DNA of 62,910 nucleotides, filler included, from Octopus bimaculoides (lineage: Eukaryota), in assembly GCF_001194135.2 (NCBI RefSeq). It is 6 parts of 5 records of this genome, joined end to end, with 100 filler letters (N's around TTAATTAATTAA, not from the genome) between each part and the next. Parts side by side here need not be neighbours in the genome. Positions count along the whole stretch, not along the records: positions 21,563 to 38,938 come from NC_068990.1; positions 39,039 to 46,483 come from NC_068984.1; positions 46,584 to 50,398 come from NC_068983.1; 3 more parts are not named here. One strand, 5' to 3'. This document shows positions 36,760 through 50,398 of this stretch, in pieces. The notes beneath the pieces are model-generated. The model had not been told where the DNA came from. It saw only the letters and a program-made list of their open reading frames with translations, and did not search any database. Position 1 is the first letter of the stretch. Each line of letters opens with the position of its first letter. A program made the translations under genes and the position numbers.

Positions 36760-38031
36760 AAATCTCCAAAGATTGTTTCGAATTTGACCGATACGTCTCG
36801 ATATACGGGTTCCCATCGGGAAAGATTTGACAGTTCTGGGAAAGGTAAAGGAGCCAGTGGACGTGCTGATAGACCTGATAAAAGTGGATATGTGACCGGC
36901 TACAAAGGTTCTGGTAAGTCAGAAAACCAAGGAACTCCTGGGAAAACTGCAACTAAAACAGGAACAAGAACGCCAAAAGATACACCTGATAAAGGTAGAC
37001 TAGGGGACAAATCGAAAGACAAGATGAAGACAAAGGCAGCTGATAAATCCCCAATCAAAAGCCCAGATAAGTCACTCAATTCGTCTGCTCTTAAAACAGG
37101 TACAAAATCGCCAGAAATCGCACCAGTAAAAAGTCCATTAAAGTCGCCAAACTCACTACCTACAGGTAATCGTTCTCCGCAGCCGCCGAGCCCCGTTCCT
37201 GAAACCATTCCAGAAAAATTGCCAAGCCCAATTCCAATCTTAAATCCAGAGATACCTGCTGGTCCTGTTGAGGGTTTAAACTTATCAGATTCTGGTTATA
37301 TTCGAGATTCAGAAGTATCGCCAGTTATATCAAATGATGGGCAAGAGAAATCTCCAAACGATGTGAAACCTAAGAGCTCTGAAATACCAACTCTGAGCCC
37401 TGAAAAGGCACAATCTATGATACCAACCAAAAGCCCTGATATATCTCCCAACAAGTCACCAACTAAAATCCCAAATGTGTCATCAAATACATCCCCTATT
37501 AAGAGCCCCGATAAAGCTCCATCAATGATCCCAACTAGGAGCCCTGATATGTCTCCTACTAAAGCCCCAACAAAGAGCTCAGATACTTCACCAAGTATAT
37601 CTCCCAATAAGAGCCCAGAAAAAGCTCCGTCTATGATACCAACTAGAAGCCCAGATGCACCTCAGAGTATGATCCCTACAAAGAGCCCAGAAAAATCCCC
37701 AACAATGATACCAACGAGAAGTGCCGAAAAGTCTCCTAGCATGATTTCCATTAGCCCAGAAAAATCTCCTAGTTTCGTAGCAGTGAGTTCTTCTGGACCT
37801 TCGTCAAGTCCTTCACCACAAAGCTCACCTGAAAAGTCTCCAGTGATGAATGTTACTGATAAATCTCCTCAGACTTCACCAGCGATTAACTCGTTTGAAA
37901 TGAAGAATGGGAAACCAGCATGCATGATTCCTGTCAAGTCACCTGTGAAATCCCCAGTTTCACCAACAGAAGGAGACAGTAGTACTTCTGAGAAGATAGA
38001 GGATATCTCTCCCGAGAAATCTTCTCGATAA
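36760..38031 (+). CDS. TPPP: TPPP/p25alpha-family protein, exon 3: conserved p25alpha C-terminus plus long KSP-repeat Ser/Pro tail
   Basis: tttgcAG acceptor at 36758-36759. [44 protein letters not shown] is the TPPP signature including the GxGxxGR motif. 1272 nt uninterrupted to TAA at 38029-38031. Spliced total 1683 nt = 560 aa. Confidence 0.88.
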   Translation, partial: KSPKIVSNLTDTSRYTGSHRERFDSSGKGKGASGRADRPDKSGYVTGYKGSGKSENQGTPGKTATKTGTRTPKDTPDKGRLGDKSKDKMKTKAADKSPIKSPDKSLNSSALKTGTKSPEIAPVKSPLKSPNSLPTGNRSPQPPSPVPETIPEKLPSPIPILNPEIPAGPVEGLNLSDSGYIRDSEVSPVISNDGQEKSPNDVKPKSSEIPTLSPEKAQSMIPTKSPDISPNKSPTKIPNVSSNTSPIKSPDKAPSMIPTRSPDMSPTKAPTKSSDTSPSISPNKSPEKAPSMIPTRSPDAPQSMIPTKSPEKSPTMIPTRSAEKSPSMISISPEKSPSFVAVSSSGPSSSPSPQSSPEKSPVMNVTDKSPQTSPAINSFEMKNGKPACMIPVKSPVKSPVSPTEGDSSTSEKIEDISPEKSSR

Positions 38032-38110
38032 ACCGATGAACTGAAAATCTCCGTGGATCGTTAACTATTTAAATTATTTATGGCTAAGTTAAAAATATAT
38101 ATATATATGT

Positions 38111-38155
<45 letters not shown>

Positions 38156-38859
38156 TACATATACATACATACATACATACATATGAACTCCATATAAATC
38201 AATTTTCTTAACTTTTGCTCCATCACTTTGGATTCCTGCGTATTATTTATATGTGAGTGTACTGTAGAATGCAACCAGGTGTTCGTTAATCCCCTGACCA
38301 CGGATTTAATTCTATATATGATGTGTAAGTGTAGTGTTGTTTCCAACTTGGTGTCTACACAAAGGTACCTCACATGACTAATGTTCAGTGTTAGAGATAT
38401 AATCTATAGTTGACACCTAATGGTCTTGTTTTCTGTTCTAGAAACTTTTACAGTACTAAACTTCTACAATAGCTACTTGCTCTTAATTTTAAAACTCTCT
38501 GTGATCATATACAAGGGCATAAACACACACACATACTTACATGTGCACTTATACAACATGTATACGTACGTAAACCATCTCAGGTATGTACGCTTGCACC
38601 AACATGTAGACGCATATAAAATCTTTCAAACACACTAGAAAACCATATCCAATAAAATCGAACACATAAGTACATATTTATTATGCGCACATATATTATA
38701 TTATGTGACCATCAGTATCACGACACAAACATACACATCCGTACACATCTATATGCCTTCCTTCTTCCTTCTAATACATACACATATTCATATAGAGCTT
38801 ATCTATATCCACACATGTGTATATATGTTTATATACACTTATGTATATACATACATAAG

Positions 38860-38938
<79 letters not shown>

Positions 38939-39039
38939 NNNNNNNNNNNNNNNNNNNNNNNNNNNNNNNNNNNNNNNNNNNNTTAATTAATTAANNNNNN
39001 NNNNNNNNNNNNNNNNNNNNNNNNNNNNNNNNNNNNNNT

Positions 39040-39127
39040 TATTATACCTAAGGCACCTACTATGATAGGAATTGTTTCTGTTTTTAGATTCCACATTCGA
39101 GTTATCTCTATTTCCAGGTCTTTGTAT

Positions 39128-39135
<8 letters not shown>
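39040..39135 (-). mobile_element. 5'-truncated R4/Dong-like fragment joined directly to an (AAT)n array
   Basis: Minus strand reads (AAT)n then TKYKDLEIEITRMWNLKTETIPIIVGALGII, close to the corresponding segment at about 42420-42500. Confidence 0.8.
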
Positions 39136-39201
<66 letters not shown>

Positions 39202-39539
39202 CATCATCATCATCATCATCATTATTAGGGTGATGGATTGGCAGAATTGTTAGTGTCAGAAAAACGTTTTGTTTCATTTCTTCATGCTCTTTACATTTTG
39301 GGTTCAAATTCTGCCTAGGTCAACTTTGCCTTTCACCTTTTCGAGGTTGATAAAATGGAGTACCAGTCAAGAATTGTAATCGATAATATCGACTAACCCC
39401 TCCCTCAAATTTGTTGATCTTGTGCCTAAATCAGAAAGTCTTTACCTTTTTGTAGCTCCTGTTTTATATCTTGTCGGAGCCGAGACAAGACTTTGAACAT
39501 GATGCGTTCTAGGGAGAACGCCATTTGATTGACAGCACG

Positions 39540-39900
39540 TTATATAGTAAGTGAACTGTACCTAGTACTGCTATCTTCTGAACTGTATAAATAATGATAT
39601 TGTCCTGCATACGGTTGGAAGAGTTTCAGATTCCTTTCTTCATGCATTATAGTGTCCCAATGACAAATGATATTATTTCGATCTTCACCTTCAATATTCT
39701 TTTGATTTCGATCTCCTCGATGACTTTCAAAAGGTATTGCACTATTGATTAGTATACATCTGTTCTTCTTTTCCTTGATAAAGATACCAGGCTTGATGGA
39801 TTTTATCTCTGTGTAAGTTTGGATTGAAATATTCCTGGAGCTGGTGACATTAAACTTAGGGATCATACTTAGCTGATGTTCATAACACTTCTCCATTTTC
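39540..39900 (-). mobile_element. Old R4/Dong-like 3' fragment
   Basis: CYEHQ...IQTYTEIKSIKPGI.IKEKKNRCILIN.AIP, and QKIAVLGT in another frame, match the endonuclease-domain end of R4-type ORFs. Confidence 0.6.
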
Positions 39901-40216
39901 CTGATTTTATAAGCCTCCTATATTTTCCAGATGCTTCGCTATACCTATAGATGTCATCGGATTTTGAAATTTCCTAGCGTCCAGAGATAAGGCATTGGTG
40001 ATTTTTGCGTTTACCTTTCACTTATTTCTGTCATGGCACCGCCTTGAAGGGTAGGTCGAACAAATCATCCCCACTACTTATTTTTTGAGGCCAGATACTT
40101 TTTCTTTCGGTCCCTTTTTGCCGAACCGTTAAGTTACAGAAATGTAAACAAACCAACACCAGTCGTCGAGCGAAGGTTGGGACAAACATAAACAAAAATA
40201 CACACATAAATATATA

Positions 40217-40860
40217 CAGGGTGTTTACGCTAAATTTAGCGTTTTTTTTAAAGTCTCATTATTCACGAACAGCAGAAAGGGTCACAGTAGGCGTTCTGAC
40301 TGCTCTTGTATGCATCTCCACATCATTGAACAAGGTTTTAGTTTCAATTCAGACGGCCATGTGAAGCTACTGGAAACTGTAGTCATCTTCTGTCTGAAGA
40401 TGGTTGCAATTGGACGGCCATATGTATGAAAACAGGATTCGGTTCCTTGTCATACCTTCGGAAAGAATCATAAGCGGTTGTCAGAGAATTTTTACAACTT
40501 CACTCGTCTCAATTTCTGGCATCCTAATTTCCCCCAGTTGTAATCTCAAAGATTACAGTGTAGAGCGCTGTTAAGTAAGACACTAAGCGCTCTGAGAGCG
40601 GCACTAAGGCCGAGCTGGTGGTCAAGATCAACGAGCTGTCCGAGGATCTCCCAAGAGATAAAGTGAGGAACGCATGCACCAGGTTCCAGAGTTGTCTTGA
40701 AACAGTGATGGAAGCTGAGGGTTGCTACTTTGAGTAAACTGCTACCTCCAATAATCTAGTTGATAAATTTTGATTTTTAAAAAATACTTGTATGTTTGGA
40801 TAAGATATTGTATTTTCTATTCCTTTTATGCAAATTGACAAATTTAGCAGGGAAATCTTG
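40217..40860 (+). mobile_element. Internally deleted Tc1/mariner DNA transposon
   Basis: TA-CAGGGTGTTTACGCTAAATTT left end and degenerate AAATTTAGC...CTTG-TA right end. Interior translates to the transposase C-terminus (GRPYV.KQDS.PCH, TKAEL, NAC.RF...LE.V.EAEG.YFE*) with stops and frameshifts. Confidence 0.8.
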
Positions 40861-41466
40861 TACATACATACATACATACATACATACGTACATCCATCCA
40901 TCCATCCATCCATACATACATACATACATACATTGGAACTGCATATATATANNNNNNNNNNNNNNNNNNNNNNNNNNNNNNNNNNNNNNNNNNNNNNNNN
41001 NNNNNNNNNNNNNNNNNNNNNNNNNNNNNNNNNNNNNNNNNNNNNNNNNNNNNNNNNNNNNNNNNNNNNNNNNNNNNNNNNNNNNNNNNNNNNNNNNNNN
41101 NNNNNNNNNNNNNNNNNNNNNNNNNNNNNNNNNNNNNNNNNNNNNNNNNNNNNNNNNNNNNNNNNNNNNNNNNNNNNNNNNNNNNNNNNNNNNNNNNNNN
41201 NNNNNNNNNNNNNNNNNNNNNNNNNNNNNNNNNNNNNNNNNNNNNNNNNNNNNNNNNNNNNNNNNNNNNNNNNNNNNNNNNNNNNNNNNNNNNNNNNNNN
41301 NNNNNNNNNTATATATATATTTATATATATATATATATATATTGCCCGGGTGTTATGGCCTACAGCCATATTGTATTATTTGTTCCTTTCTTATGGGTAG
41401 AATCAGCACAGCTGATATATAGTGAACTGAATTACTGGCGTAATGGAAGTTATTGTTGTTTGTTAA

Positions 41467-41516
<50 letters not shown>

Positions 41517-42125
41517 GCAGCAATAGCAGCAGCAGCAGCAGTAGTAGTAGTTGTTGTTGTATTGTGGAGTGAGAGAGCAGTGCATGCCATCAAAGTGACA
41601 CTAGGGTATCAATTTGCGAAGCCCAATATACTCGTCATGACTACCCGTCTGATGAAGGTACACCAGGCACATGCATCACAACCATATGTGCGCAACAGGG
41701 TGATCTCATATCAAGATAAACAGTACATAACCTTGCAGGTGGACAAGAATTTTCTTCATGTCGAGTGGCCCATCCCGCTCAATAAGTCCTTGAATAAGGG
41801 TATTTTAAGGATGATGAAAAAACACCCATCTTCCAAAGGTGAATTATTCAAACCCCAAATAATTCCACTCAACACATAGCTATAATGCTCCTTCACTCTT
41901 CTTACTCGTAATCAGAGGTACACATATCGTCAGCCACCAAGGAACATGCTCAACTGGTTAAGGTCAAACAACTGACAAGCAAATCTGTGGTAACGAGCAG
42001 AATATTTGTTGTAGCCCATCTTTTATTCCAAGACAAAACTATGCACATGATAACATTTCCAATCAGTTAAGATCAGAAGTCACGAGTGCCACTGCCTTGT
42101 AATGCATCAAGACATTATTACTATC

Positions 42126-42161
42126 GTTCTTCTTCTTCTTCTTCTTCTTCTTCTTCTTCTT

Positions 42162-42245
<84 letters not shown>

Positions 42246-42254
42246 GTTCTTGGT

Positions 42255-42313
<59 letters not shown>

Positions 42314-42337
42314 TATTATTATTATTATTATTATTAT
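42126..42337. repeat. Compound trinucleotide microsatellite (TTC)n(TTA)n(TCA)n(TTA)n
   Basis: Read directly from the sequence; lies at the 3' end of the R4/Dong-like element. Confidence 0.95.
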
Positions 42338-42344
42338 TTTTTTT

Positions 42345-44200
42345 TTTCAGTAATCTTATGTATATCACATGCTTTCTGTTGTCTTGTTTTTATTACGTAC
42401 TTTCGCTGCACATACCTAATGCACCTACTATAATTGGAGTTGTTACTGTTTTTAGGCTCCACATTCGAGTTACCTCTATTTCCAGATCTTTGTATTTTGA
42501 AAGTTTCTCCGTTTCTTTTAGAGAAAAGTTGTCATCTATTGGTAGTGATAGATCAAATAGAAAGCATCCGGTCTATTGGCCTACATTTCTCTATCTGTGT
42601 GTATTGGCATATCTCAGAGTATGGTTACTTTCTCGTTTTCTGTGACCTTTTCTGGTGTGTGTCTATACCATCTTTTTTCTGTTGTTATTCCATAGTGTTG
42701 GCATAGCTTCCAGTGTATACAAGTCCCAGCTTCGTCGTGTCTGTGAACATATTCCTTCTTAGCCAGGACTGGGCAGCCAGAGACAATATGATTTATTGTT
42801 TCTTCTCCAACATCACATATTCTGCAGTGACAAGTTTTTTTCTTTTTAATGCGTGATTATAGTGATTTCTGATGGGAAAGCTTTGTTCTTGTGCTGCAAT
42901 TATAAATCGTTCAGTTTCTGCTTTGAGTCCTGAGCTTCTCAGTCATTGTTGGGATTTTACTTTGTCAATTTCTCTTCCTTTCAGCTTAACCCTATATTTG
43001 CCATGGAGGAGCTTTTCTTACCATCCTTTTATCATGATCCGTTGCTGTACCAGTTTTAATTTGGATATCAATTGTTTTACAACTTTTGTTGTTTCTTGTT
43101 TTTCTTCATAGTTGTTTGTTACTATACCTTATTTTTTTGTATTTGTCAGCTTCCTTAAAGACAGAAAACAGCTTTTTGTTTTGTTCGTGTTTTGTGGCTA
43201 TTTGTATTAGTTTTCCTTGTTTCTGAATAACGTATTTCTGTAGTTCTATGGTGGTTACCTTGTAATAGCTTTCTAGCTTTATAAGTCCTCTACCACCTTC
43301 GATACTTTGCCTATATAACCATTCTGTGTCAGATTTTGCGTGGTGCATCCTAAATCCTACTATTTCTCTAGCTTTCTTGTCTATTTGGATTAGTTCATTG
43401 AGAATCCAGTTAAGAATATTGTAACTGTAACTTACAATTGGGACATCTAGAATGTTGATACCTATTATCTTGTTTTTCACATTGAGCTCTATTTTCAGTA
43501 TTAATCTAACTCGTCTACAGTATTTCTTTCTTGTCGTCTCTTTCATTTGTGCATGTTGTACCGTATCTAGTTCATCGATTCCTAAGTATTTTATGCTTAG
43601 CTTTGGTCTAATTCTCTCATCTCATTTGCTTTATCTAGTGTGAGGCTGTTACTCTTAATTAGTTTTCCTCTTTTCAAGGTCAAATTTCATGTTTATTTCT
43701 TTGGTAAATCCATGTACTGACTGTAGTAATGTTTCCAGCTGTTTATCATTTCTAGCATACACTTTAACCTCATCTATATACAAGAGATGGCTGATTGTTT
43801 TGCCATAACAGTTATATCTACATTCAGTTCTGTTAGGCATGTCAGATAAAGGTGTCAGTGCCAGATAGAAAAGGAGTGGAGATAGCGTGTGCCCTGGAAT
43901 ATTCGTCTTCTAATGGTAATGGCTTTGGTTCTTATGAGACCCTCTTTTGTCTGGAGCTGTAACACTGTCTGCCATTTATTCATGGCATGTTTAAATATTT
44001 TACGATTATTGGTGCTGCCTTGTTCATGGTTAGCGTTTCTAGGATCCATGTGTGTGGAATACTATCAAAAGACTTTCGATAATCAATTCAGGGCATGCTT
44101 AGACCCTTCATCTTTCTGTGGCTGTCTTCGGCTATGGTATTATTGATCAGTAGCTGATCTTTATAGCTTATGAGCCCTTGCAGCATCCCTTCTGCTCTTC
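42345..44200 (-). mobile_element. Decayed R4/Dong-clade non-LTR retrotransposon (RT plus restriction-like endonuclease)
   Basis: KDQLLIN, DYRK.FDSIPHTW, RRRIFQG, HLLYIDEVKVY, EGGRGL, ILWDMPIHTD..ANRPD and KYKDLEIEVTRMW...PIIVGALG motifs across several frames. The 3' end abuts A/(AAT)n. Confidence 0.85.
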
Positions 44201-44380
44201 TGTGTGTATGTATATATCTGACCATTACACACATTTTTTCTCTCCTTCGTTCTTTCTGTGGAAGAGCGTAGGCTCGAAACGTTAAAGACTTTTTCAATTC
44301 CCGAGCGTTATACTAATATATCTATTTGTTTTCTACACCACTTGTCTTCGTCTGTTGTTTTTTGTGAATTCTCCCTATAC

Positions 44381-44413
<33 letters not shown>

Positions 44414-45757
44414 NNNNNNNNNNNNNNNNNNNNNNNNNNNNNNNNNNNNNNNNNNNNNNNNNNNNNNNNNNNNNNNNNNNNNNNNNNNNNNNNNNNNNNN
44501 NNNNNNNNNNNNNNNNNNNNNNNNNNNNNNNNNNNNNNNNNNNNNNNNNNNNNNNNNNNNNNNNNNNNNNNNNNNNNNNNNNNNNNNNNNNNNNNNNNNN
44601 NNNNNNNNNNNNNNNNNNNNNNNNNNNNNNNNNNNNNNNNNNNNNNNNNNNNNNNNNNNNNNNNNNNNNNNNNNNNNNNNNNNNNNNNNNNNNNNNNNNN
44701 NNNNNNNNNNNNNNNNNNNNNNNNNNNNNNNNNNNNNNNNNNNNNNNNNNNNNNNNNNNNNNNNNNNNNNNNNNNNNNNNNNNNNNNNNNNNNNNNNNNN
44801 NNNNNNNNNNNNNNNNNNNNNNNNNNNNNNNNNNNNNNNNNNNNNNNNNNNNNNNNNNNNNNNNNNNNNNNNNNNNNNNNNNNNNNNNNNNNNNNNNNNN
44901 NNNNNNNNNNNNNNNNNNNNNNNNNNNNNNNNNNNNNNNNNNNNNNNNNNNNNNNNNNNNNNNNNNNNNNNNNNNNNNNNNNNNNNNNNNNNNNNNNNNN
45001 NNNNNNNNNNNNNNNNNNNNNNNNNNACACACACACACACACACACACAACTGAGTTGAACTTTTCTTGTAATTAACTTCATATCGAATTTTATATTCAA
45101 ACCGAAGTGTTTTAAAAATGAAATATCAAACCGTTTGCAATATAACACAAAAATGTTGCAGTTACTTGATATATCATAAAATATTGCCATGTAAAAATAA
45201 TCACACACACATATATGTACAAACACATGCATGCGGACAGAATACATACATACACAAAACAAAACATACAAATCTGCACATATGCATACATACAGAAAAT
45301 ACTCTGTTGATGTTGTTGAAATGAAGAAACATTGGATCTAGGATAGAAACCGGCTGTTTCTTTTTTGGCAAGAAATCTTGAAATAAAACTGACGAATGAC
45401 ATATACAGGGGCTGTATATGTATCTAAGTATCGCGCGCGAACACACGCATACACAAACGCACACACACACAAGCACACACACGTGCGCTTTTGTATTTGT
45501 ACGTGTTTATGTGTGTATGTGTATGTGTGTGTATATATTGATATACAAACATATGTACGTACATATATACATACATACGTACATACATAAATGTATACAT
45601 ATACACATATATATCCACATGCATTCAGATAGAAACACACATGCACACACACACACATATATATATGTAGTTTCATATTTTCCTGTATTTTTTGTGCTCC
45701 TTGTATACATGTGCTTGTATATATGTATGTACACATATATAATGTGTGTGTGTGTGC

Positions 45758-45805
<48 letters not shown>

Positions 45806-46184
45806 ATAAAAAACCCATATCTGTCTAGTGTCACCTCCTGGCGGTCTAATAGCGCAACTCAGTCAATGTTGTCGACTATTTTAGTTAAAACTACGGCTTT
45901 TAATTTGGCCAGAGTTATTTGTCTTTGGTAATTCCTATTGAAAACGGCTAAAGAGCTAGAAACGCTGCGGCTGCGAATCCGGAAGAGGGCGATACTAGGC
46001 AGAGATGGTATTTTTACATGCTTTACCATAAGAAACATTTTTTCTCTCTGCGGTACTTACAGAGAATTTGCCTTTCCAAGTTGAAATATATCACAACCAT
46101 TTTAAGTAACCTAAAGTTCGCTTATGCCTAAACACTGCTTCGCACTGATACTGCTGAATATAGTCTGTTAAAGTCTGTCATACC

Positions 46185-46224
46185 GGCCATGACGAAGGGA
46201 AATAGCCCTGAAACTCGAGTCGCC
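46185..46224 (+). ncRNA. Variant minimal hammerhead-like motif (one extra A in the core)
   Basis: ggc-C(A)TGACGA-aggg(aaatag)ccct-GAAAC-tcga-GTC-gcc: stems I and II pair, palindromic ACTCGAGT stem III, GUC site. Confidence 0.5.
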
Positions 46225-48546
46225 TTTATATATATATATTTATATTTATATATTTATATATTTGATCCTTTATATTGAACACTCAATATTTCATCTACAT
46301 TCAATACTTTCTTTCATGGTGCCATCCATTTTTATTTTATTTTATTTTATATTGTATATTGTATATCATATTATATATTGTATATTCCATATTCTATACC
46401 CCACATTAGTTCTGCAGGAATATAAATAAAACATAAAAAACAGACAGTGTTGGAACTCTTTTAAGCAAAATAATATATATATANNNNNNNNNNNNNNNNN
46501 NNNNNNNNNNNNNNNNNNNNNNNNNNNTTAATTAATTAANNNNNNNNNNNNNNNNNNNNNNNNNNNNNNNNNNNNNNNNNNNNATATAGTACGGCTTTTG
46601 ATTGTTGTTTTCACTGTCCAATTTTTCCTGGGACTCCATTTAATTGAGCAATGTAAACATTACATTAAATATAAAATGTAGAGCATTTTATATTTGAAAT
46701 TAGATTTGAACAGAAGGACATATTTTTATAATTAAATCTAAGTAGAAAGGAGGAATAGAAAAAAACAATTTGACTTAGCCAGACCATACAGGCTAGTAAA
46801 TAATTCTCAGCAGATTTTTTACAGTGATTTCATTTGTTTTTTGGGTTCTGATTTATGGACTATCTTATCAGACTTAGAGATTCAAAGCTTAGAGGACACT
46901 GGCATTTTCTTTTTAGGGTAAGGGGTAAACAGTATACACATTAAACATATATGATATAGTTATAAAATTTCATAGGGTTTGGTGACAAACTCCTATGGGG
47001 GGGGGGTCTCTACTAAAAGACCAGTTTATAATGCAACAGGGGAGGTCTTATCATAAAGCACCTAGGTCAAACGTATATAAAAAGTAAAGTTGTTATATTG
47101 TACACAGATACAGTAAATGGTTATTCATAGATTTCATTAATCAGAATAATATATCAGTATTATTTTACATATGCTAAATTTGAAATACATGAGATACCAA
47201 TATTTGCTTAATTAATGTGTGAGTAAATAAAGGTTAATTATAAATTAATAATGAAATAAAATGAAATAGTGTATAACAATGTAAATAATCAATTAAGGCA
47301 GTATACAAAAACAATGAAGTGGCATTAATTTAAAATGCTATTTTTAAAAGCTTAACCGGTCGCACAGGTATCTTTGATTTTCAAAAGTTGAGTGAAATAG
47401 ACAAACGTAGTGCTATGTCACACGTGCCTTACTTCTGAGCAGTGTTCAAAAATTCTCTCCTATATAAGAGAGATGGATGGAAGGGAGATATTAATGAGAG
47501 GGGATAACAGGAAAAGGAAAAACGAACAGAAAATTGACTAAATCAGAGAACCAAGAGAGGTGGGAGTCAAAGGAATTGATAAATGCAAAGACGGACACAC
47601 ATACACAATCACATGTGTGTGTGTGTGTGTGTGTGTGCGTGTGTGTGTGTGTGTGTGTTTGTGTGTGTATGTGTGTATGTGTGTGTGAGTGAGTGCATGC
47701 GTGAGGATGTGTGCACCCGTGTGAGAGTGTGCTTTTGTATAATGTAAGGAATGCTGATTACTCAAGGTTTCCGTGTATTTCTGGACATATTGCGTAGGAA
47801 GCAGTGTTGCATGCTAAAGAGTGATCATGATGAACTTCGATGAATTTTGACATCGTTCTTTGATATCTCTATATAGAATTTTCGATATAATCTGCATATT
47901 TTAGATAGATGTTTACTTTTTGAGGAGAAAAGACTATCAGTTTTTTTTTTGTTTGTCTCTAAGTTCCGTAACGTAGAATATCAGCCCAAATATTTTGATA
48001 AGAAACTGAAATTCTGAGTAGCGACATTTTTTAGCTAATATCAGTGAGTATGATTTTGTGCGGGCTTACATGCTATAAATAATGAAATTGCTTCTCAGTG
48101 AAAACTCACGCTACAAATATATACTACGAAATTCGAGAAGTATTTTATATTGATGTGCTCAATACAATAACATAGAATACAGTTAGATGTATTAGATTTT
48201 CCAGTGTGCAAAACAGCGTAAATTTACATTTCCTGTTCTTATAAAGAATTCTTTAAACACTAATTTACGCCGAAACACACACACACACACACACACACAC
48301 ACTGACGCCTCTACACAGCCACTCACACACGCACATGCAAACTTAGACGCACTTACACATTCAAACTTTCACAATCTATTTTTGCATTATTTCACGGTCT
48401 CGTATACACTAGCGCATATTCACATTTCAATAAAATAGTTATATCAAATTTCAATTGTTAGAAACATGCGCATTCTCACACACAAAAACACAGTTACATA
48501 CACACACGTTCAGAGAAAAGCTCTTAAAAAACTATTTCTATTTTTG

Positions 48547-48584
<38 letters not shown>

Positions 48585-49714
48585 CAAATAAAACATGCAT
48601 TCACAAAGAGGAACACCAACTAACATACACATAAACAGTTACATGATGGCACCCCCTTACACATAATCACACACATTGAAATATTTCTAAAAACATGTTT
48701 GTGTTATGAATCATTGTGTTATATACACACACATACACACACACACACACACACGCATATATACGTGTGTGTGTGTGTGTGTGTGTGTGTGAGTGGCTGT
48801 GTGTATGCATGCCTACATAACACCTTACAAATACGAATGTTATCAAATTAAAAGCAGATTAAAAAAAGAAAAGCATGGCGTTCGTGTTGCATTTTCTACG
48901 GCATAGATTTTTTTTTTGCATGTTATTTTTTTCGCACCATAGAATACTTTGTTGATATTGTTTTTCGTTTCGTTTGATTTCATCCTTATTTTCCACTATT
49001 TTTGGATCTTGTTTCTTTTCTTCTCACTGCGTGTATCATAGTTAGACTCTCCCCACCATTTCAAAAATGAGTAACAGTGTCTGAAGTAAATATATAAAAA
49101 GATATACAATAATAATGAAAAATGCAAACGTGTATATTTGTTGAGTATATCTTTGATCTGAAAACACCCACAACTCAACTAACAGAACTGTAATATCAAA
49201 ATCGATTATTTCAACAAAAACAAAACAACAATAAGAGCATAAACAACGATTATTAGTAGTAGTATTGCTACTATTTATAAAATTTATATTAACACAACAA
49301 CGAGGAGAAACGGCGTATTTGGAGGACAGTAACAGCCATTTAAAATACACAGAACCACGTTACAGATTCCTGATGTTATCGTTTACGAAAGTATAAAATA
49401 CAAAGTCGACATCGACCATGTTTTAACTCAGACTAACTAAATATCATTATTCACAATTTTACTTAAACAATACAGTATTTATGACAGTATATTACGATTA
49501 ATTATATAAAATACACACGCACACTCTCACACAGAAGCATACGTATATACATGCACCAGATTCATGTGTGTACGATCAATGCAAGTCTATAATGGTATGT
49601 GTGTAAATTTGTGTGTTTGTGTTAGAGTGTATATCATCTATATCTTTTTCCTGCTACATCTCTATAGCTACAAACTTATACGTGACTGTGTTTTCTTATG
49701 TATAATATCTATAT

Positions 49715-49751
<37 letters not shown>

Positions 49752-50340
49752 TTGTTGAATGCGAATAACTCGAAGAAACCAAAATCATTTAATGTAAATT
49801 TGTGTGCGCGTACAAGTGTTTGTATCTAAGTTTGTCCTACCAATGTAATTTTGCGTGAAATTTTGTCAAATTTATTTTTCTGTTCCTTCATGTATCATTG
49901 CAGAGTTTTCTTCAAATTTCTTTGAAGTTTTACGAACAGCTGATTTTCTTCAATCTAAATGAAAGTGAAATATTTAAATAACAAGCAATAACCAATAATA
50001 TTGAAAAACTCTAAATAGAAAAAATGCTTCTATAGACATTTGGAAGGCAATCAAAATACTTGGTGAGAGAGTTTACTGCTACCCGCATATGTGTTTTTGT
50101 ATCCTTCGTCAAGTAGTTGCATATATAAACACTTTCATGGGAAAATGCGCTTACGTACCCACATGCAGATACAGAGGGGAACATACATACATAAACATAC
50201 CGACAGAGACGTTGTTAGGCGTATTTACACTGCGTATTTACAATATATACTGAAATAGATTTTATTTGCTGGCCTAAAAATTCTGTTATAGAAAAGTACA
50301 CACACACACACACATACACACACACACACGCACCCACACC

Positions 50341-50398
<58 letters not shown>

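Noticed and set aside
36900-37607. Antisense Gly/Leu/Asp-rich ORFs (36900-37208, 37296-37607)
   Set aside because: Shadows of the repetitive KSP coding strand.
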